Shown piece after piece: positions 59,205-64,000 of a stretch of 64,000 nt of DNA. The notes under the pieces were generated by a model. That model ran no database searches. It saw only the letters and a list, made by a program, of their open reading frames with translations, and had not been told where the DNA came from. Numbering within the stretch: the first letter of the stretch is position 1; each line of letters opens with the position of its first letter. The DNA lies in IMG/VR virus record IMGVR_UViG_3300020474_000001, positions 143,656 to 207,655 of that record; one strand, written 5' to 3'. Position numbers and translations under genes: made by a program.

Positions 59205-59636
59205 TCAGAATGAACAACCAGTTTCTTGAGACAACTGAGCACAGAACTTAGCAGTCAATGGAGATTGAATGCTTTGAAGTTTCTTACGAAGATCATACAT
59301 CTTCACACGATTCTTAGTGAAGTGTGCCAGGCGATCAGAGATGGAGACAAGTTGAAGAAAATTGGAAATCTCGATTGAGTTGGAAGAACCGAGAAGAAAA
59401 TGCATAGCAACAAAAGAATGGTACTTGTTGCTAGAACGGCACTCTTTCAAGACAGAGACAATTTCTTTAGCAACCTCACCTGCTGTTGCAGGATAATAGG
59501 TTGAAAGAAAGTTTTTGGACTCTTGATAGATAAAACCGTCCCAATCAATTTGATATGACTGGGATTGTTGCTGTTCAAGCATGCTCTGGATCGAAGACAA
59601 AGTTGCTTGGATCTGGTCAAGGTCGATGGTTTGCAT
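59205..59636 (-). CDS. Hypothetical protein
   Basis: Downstream of the repeat array and palindrome 59734. Confidence 0.65.
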   Translation of the reverse strand: MQTIDLDQIQATLSSIQSMLEQQQSQSYQIDWDGFIYQESKNFLSTYYPATAGEVAKEIVSVLKECRSSNKYHSFVAMHFLLGSSNSIEISNFLQLVSISDRLAHFTKNRVKMYDLRKKLQSIQSPLTAKFCAQLSQETGCSF

Positions 59637-59649
59637 AACCAGTTGGTTG

Positions 59650-59795
59650 ATGATGACGCTGAAGGTGACTACGAAGGTGACCCCCTCGTGGACACAACAT
59701 ACACCATGATGACGCTGAAGGTGACGTAGGAAGGTGACACTTCATAAACTGTCCACCACTACATGATGACGCTGAAGGTGACGTGTGAAGGTGAC
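59650..59795 (+). repeat. Three 56-57-bp-period units ATGATGACGCTGAAGGTGAC-N3/4-GAAGGTGAC
   Basis: 20-nt core identical at 59650, 59706 and 59763. Confidence 0.92.
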
Positions 59796-62538
59796 CTACA
59801 CCACCTCTACTTCACTCAACGGTGCATCAGAGGTCTCTGTGAGGTCCTCTGAGGTGCCTTCACTCACCTCAGAGGTATCTGCATTACCTTCTGCCATAAT
59901 TTTTTCTTCCTGCCTCTTAAACTCTTCTGACTCCATATATTTCTTGACCATTTCATTGAAACGCTCTTGCTGTTCTCTTCGTTCTCGCATCACATTTTCA
60001 AATTGCCTTTCTCTTTTCTCAAGAATTAGAGAACGACGTGCTCTTTTTGCTTCTCTACGACTAGACATGATCCTCCGATTTTGTGTTTGGTCTTGATTTT
60101 AAAAATACTAATTCATGCCAATAATAATTCTGGCAAACAATTAGCACATGATTTTTTCTATGAAATGTTCCAGCATCAAGTTGATGCGGAAGCTTATTTG
60201 TGACTGCTATTTCAATAGTGAGATATTCATTCTCACTATCAACATAGTAAACCCACCCCTCTATGTCTCTAGTTTCCCACTTAACATAATCATTGACAAG
60301 TGGTTTATACATATGCTAACTCCAGTGGGGTCAATTTTAATTGCATAGCAGTATAAGGACGAGTATCTGAGATGTCTACCTTATTTCCACACTTGGTGGA
60401 GTTAATAGGCGCTGAATACTCTCTCTTTTTTGTATTGTAAAATCCCCAGATTGTTTTTGGTTTGTCATTAGTATAACTAAAATTACCGTGATTGACAAGC
60501 CATATACTAATAATATTCCGTTTAAAATCTTTGACCTCATAGGTGTAACCCTCCGGGGGTTGATGGGGGAAATCATCAGGAATACTCAAGTTCTGGTTGC
60601 ATTGGGCAGTCATCGACAGAGAGTGATTCATAATCAGGATACATTGTGGATACAATGTATGATGCAAGATCTCGTGTAGTAGCAATAACATGCACTTCTA
60701 CCCGATAATACTGGTAATCATCACCAGGAGTGTCTTGCATTGCCAATTCTATTTCAACTCGCCAGACATGACCACGCTTCAGATGGTCCTGATAGTCAAT
60801 AACAACATCAGGTTTCAATTCCCATCGATTCATAACATTTTCCTCGGGTTCAAAATTTCCAATCATGTTGTAAACTCCTCAACAATACCAGATTCAAGAT
60901 CTCCTGCAAGTTCATAGTTCATCGACTTCATGATATTTTCACGAAGCTGACCATAATATTGCTCATTATAGCTTTCATCTTGCTCAGCAATGAGATCAAA
61001 ACATTCTTCATCACTTTCTGCAATTACATTCCAAATACCTCCATATTCAGACGTAGGAAACGGTACAAAATGGTTGACAATGTAGAAAAACTTTGGTGCC
61101 ATTTGTTTCTGTAAATTACCTTTAGATTTTAGTTCAAGATTTAGATTTTGTCAATTGGTCTAATTGACTCTCCAATTCAACTTTAACACTCAATAGGCGA
61201 AAAAACAAAAAACCTCTACTTCTATTTGGAAGAAGTAGAGAGGTTAATTCGTCTATGAGATGAATTGAAGATCTGAGGCGATCCTCGTCCGTCATGATGT
61301 GTAAAACTCCATTAGATAGTAATCAACAGTAATTTCGTGTTCTTTACACTCTTCTTCAACCTGTTGCCAAAATTCAGTTGAAACGGATTGGTCTATCGAA
61401 TTTTTCCAATCGATATCCTTCTTTGAATGCCTGTCGAATGATTGTGTCATAAGAATGCGAAATAAGGGGGATACTTCTATGTAGCAGATAATCTTCACAA
61501 TCTTCTGCTAGTGCTTCTTTATGTTCGTGAGATAACAAATCTAAATCTGGCATCGACATATTTCCCTCTCCTTGATTATTGTAGCATATGGCGGTCATCC
61601 AAACAATGTGTTCGAATCGTTCTTTTTGAACTCCTTACGACACTTTTTTACTTCTCTAAGCTCATCTTTGATCATTTGATAAGCTTCCTCAGCAGAAAGT
61701 TTTCTTGCCATTTCCATGGCAGTAATAATTTCAACACGAGTTCCAAAGTGTTTAAGTGCCTCTTCAAAGCAATTTAATTCTTCATACATTGTCAGTTTTC
61801 CTTTGAATATTATATGTAACAGGATGTATCTGACTAATTTTAGTTTCTAATCGATTCTCCATATCATAGATAGATGACCTGAAATTAAGGTTATCTTCTT
61901 CTAATATTTCGATACGATCTTCAAGTTCTAAAATATAGTCCATAAGACTATCGTCATCATCCCATCTTGTAGTTGGTTCAAAAAATCTTTGAATAAATTT
62001 AATCATGGCAAATAACCTAATGTAATTTATCTGACCATTTTTGGATTCCCATCAAAGTAGAATAAGGAATCCATGCAGGTATCTCATCATCAAACTGTAC
62101 CTGAACTTCAGTTACAATAGTTTGGTGAAATCTATCGTATTTTTTTCTTGTATTTTTTACGAAAGACAAAGGATTCTCCATGTTTGTGTTCGATAACTGC
62201 ATTTTTAGGTTTGATATTATATCTATCAATGATCTTTCTAAGATGTGATTCATCTTGAAAGTGATAGACTACGTTGTTGTATTCCATTCTCCATGGAAAT
62301 GTCTCATATGGAAACTTGTTTACTTTTTTCATATGAGGTTTCAGTGCCAACGTTTAGTTGAAAGATATTCCAACACATCAGCACGAACATCCATCAACTC
62401 ATGGTAACATAGTTGATTATGAGCACACTGACGTAATGATGGATCTGGCTTCAGAACTGACTCTACAAACAGATCTAGTCCACGATTCCACTTATCTTTC
62501 TTTGATTCGTTGTCTTCGATTGTGTTCTGATCTTTCAT
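59796..62538 (-). CDS. Dense run of about 12 small hypothetical ORFs (59796, 60061, 60305, 60576, 60863, 61292, 61374, 61595, 61782, 62017, 62132, 62341)
   Basis: Contiguous or overlapping minus-strand ORFs of 64-128 aa, typical of cyanomyovirus accessory regions. Confidence 0.6.
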
Positions 62539-62598
62539 AGTGTTCTGAACATTGACATAGTTATTATAGCAGTATTTCAGAACTTGTCAAGAAATATC

Positions 62599-62630
62599 AA
62601 AAAACCCCCACCAAAACTGGCAGGGGTCTT
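62599..62630 (-). terminator. Intrinsic terminator after the tail-fibre-like gene
   Basis: ACCCC..CCA/TGG..GGGGT stem with a T6 tail on the minus strand. Confidence 0.65.
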
Positions 62631-62653
62631 GTATCTCACTTTTTGAGTGGTTT

Positions 62654-64000
62654 TTATGCAATCGCAAGGAACAGATAAGTGGCACCATCTTCATTAAGAC
62701 CACTGTTAGCAGATGCAGCTGAAGTCACTGTAAATCCTGCATTGAGTGGATCAATATAGTTATATGAAGTAGAATAAGCATTCTTGTCGTTTAAGGCAAA
62801 ATAATTATCATTACCACTGACAATGCCATGCATTGTGTCAAACACGTACCAATGAGTGTCAACACGGCCTGCGTCAATTCTTTTGATCATCACAAAACGA
62901 GCACCAGCAGTAAATCCACAGTCAACATTGATGTCGCTGCCTGTACCGCTGAAAGTGCCAATTTTACTTATGCCGTCTAGGCTGGCGAAGAGAAATGCAA
63001 TTAAGTTATCATTATATTTATTTACGTCATGATTACTACCTACACCAAACTGTGTGCTAGTAAAGGTGCTATTCGCTTGCCAAACGTTTGAATCATTCAT
63101 GTAGGAGCCGGTGGTAAAGGCTAAGAAATCGCTGTCATTAGACAAATAACTGCTCCATACCATCCAAGCTCTATCGGTGTCTCTGTTTTTAACAATTACC
63201 AATTCCGGAACAACACCGAGGTTGTGATTTATAGTCTTATTAGACCCCGTACCGACCCAAGTAGTTACATCAAAGAATCCTGGAGCACGTCTGAACATGT
63301 AATGATCATAACCAGTGAGACTAATATTACTTACTCCATTTGAGTAATCAAAATTAAAATTAGTTGTGCCTGCTTCAACATTAGTATTGTTTGTGTATAA
63401 GAAGTTCCCCGCCATCAGTCTTGCGCTAAGACTGCGCGTCTGCTCAGTGGTAACATCTGTTCTGATCGCCATATCAACAGGAAAACCACTAACAGCTGAA
63501 GGCTCAGCGTTGGCAACACTTTGAGCCATAGCAAACACATCAGTTCCAGCAGTCGGCGGTTTGTGTGGGCGACGAATTGCCATGTAGATGTAAGTGGCGT
63601 TTGTTTGCTGCTGAGTTGCTGATGCTCCTTTAAATCCCGTAGGCGTTAAATGCACAAAACCAAATGAATTGCTTGCTTCTTCGTTACTAAGATTTGGGTA
63701 CAGAAATTTAGACTCTCCCGCACCTAATCCACGCATATTGTCAAGCAATACCCAAGTTCCCGCTGTACTCGAGTCAGAACGCTTGATCAACAACCATTGA
63801 GGTTCAAACCCAAGATTTATCTCAGACCAATTGCCGCTACTATCTGTTGTAAAACTACCGCAGTTAATAATACTTTCATCACCACTCGTACCAAACGATT
63901 CATCGTCGTGGGCGAAGATGTAGGCAACATAGGTTGCTGATGAATCATTGCCATTAGTTTGGAACTGCATGGAAACACCAAATGCAGTATCGCTTACTGA
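62654..64000 (-). CDS. C-terminal part of a tail-fibre-like repeat protein (DUF7483-like); 5' end lies beyond the window
   Basis: Repeated units (G.F.G.G....I..GF.P.WLLIKR.D, HNLGVVPELVIVKNRD) ending YLFLAIA; frame open to the window edge. Confidence 0.8.
   Translation of the reverse strand, partial: SVSDTAFGVSMQFQTNGNDSSATYVAYIFAHDDESFGTSGDESIINCGSFTTDSSGNWSEINLGFEPQWLLIKRSDSSTAGTWVLLDNMRGLGAGESKFLYPNLSNEEASNSFGFVHLTPTGFKGASATQQQTNATYIYMAIRRPHKPPTAGTDVFAMAQSVANAEPSAVSGFPVDMAIRTDVTTEQTRSLSARLMAGNFLYTNNTNVEAGTTNFNFDYSNGVSNISLTGYDHYMFRRAPGFFDVTTWVGTGSNKTINHNLGVVPELVIVKNRDTDRAWMVWSSYLSNDSDFLAFTTGSYMNDSNVWQANSTFTSTQFGVGSNHDVNKYNDNLIAFLFASLDGISKIGTFSGTGSDINVDCGFTAGARFVMIKRIDAGRVDTHWYVFDTMHGIVSGNDNYFALNDKNAYSTSYNYIDPLNAGFTVTSAASANSGLNEDGATYLFLAIA

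Noticed and set aside
59650-59795. Mini-CRISPR array
   Set aside because: Only three units, internally variable non-palindromic repeats, 'spacers' made of promoter-motif fragments, and no cas genes or leader. Kept as an operator/iteron-like repeat.
1-64000. tRNA, rRNA, group I introns, homing endonucleases, photosynthesis AMGs
   Set aside because: No cloverleaf with a TTCGA T-loop and no rRNA tract were seen. The core genes are uninterrupted, and no GIY-YIG, HNH, psbA or hli motifs were seen by eye. tRNAscan-SE would confirm.

Overview
This is a segment of a T4-like cyanophage (cyanomyovirus, Kyanoviridae-type) genome, with almost all genes on the minus strand. Positions 1-38 kb hold the conserved late morphogenesis module, read right to left: gp25, gp6, gp7, an inserted sulfotransferase, gp8, a 2393-aa structural protein, gp13-gp16, small inserted genes, gp17-gp22 and the start of gp23. 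An AT-rich, repeat-containing non-coding boundary lies at about 39.2-39.6 kb. Positions 39.6-62.5 kb are a hypervariable early-gene region of small ORFs; it includes a GP88-like protein, a vanadium haloperoxidase/PAP2-family enzyme with a divergent ribbon-helix-helix gene, a nucleotidyltransferase (ligase-like) protein and an SF2 helicase. The window ends in the 3' part of a repeat-rich tail-fibre-like gene. The most unusual signals are non-coding and lie in the early region. (i) About 15 copies of a GTGnCAnT-N6-AnTGnCAC palindrome, several sitting about 30 nt upstream of -10 boxes. (ii) A four- to five-copy module with a covarying hairpin; three copies also carry a 12-codon mini-ORF and are bracketed by convergent -10 boxes. 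(iii) A candidate small RNA of about 67 nt complementary to the shared leader of three early genes. (iv) Arrays of GAAGGTGA direct repeats in promoter regions. (v) An origin-like patch with 12-bp tandem repeats and DnaA-box-like 9-mers. Pfam/DUF names are recalled from memory and were not verified by search.
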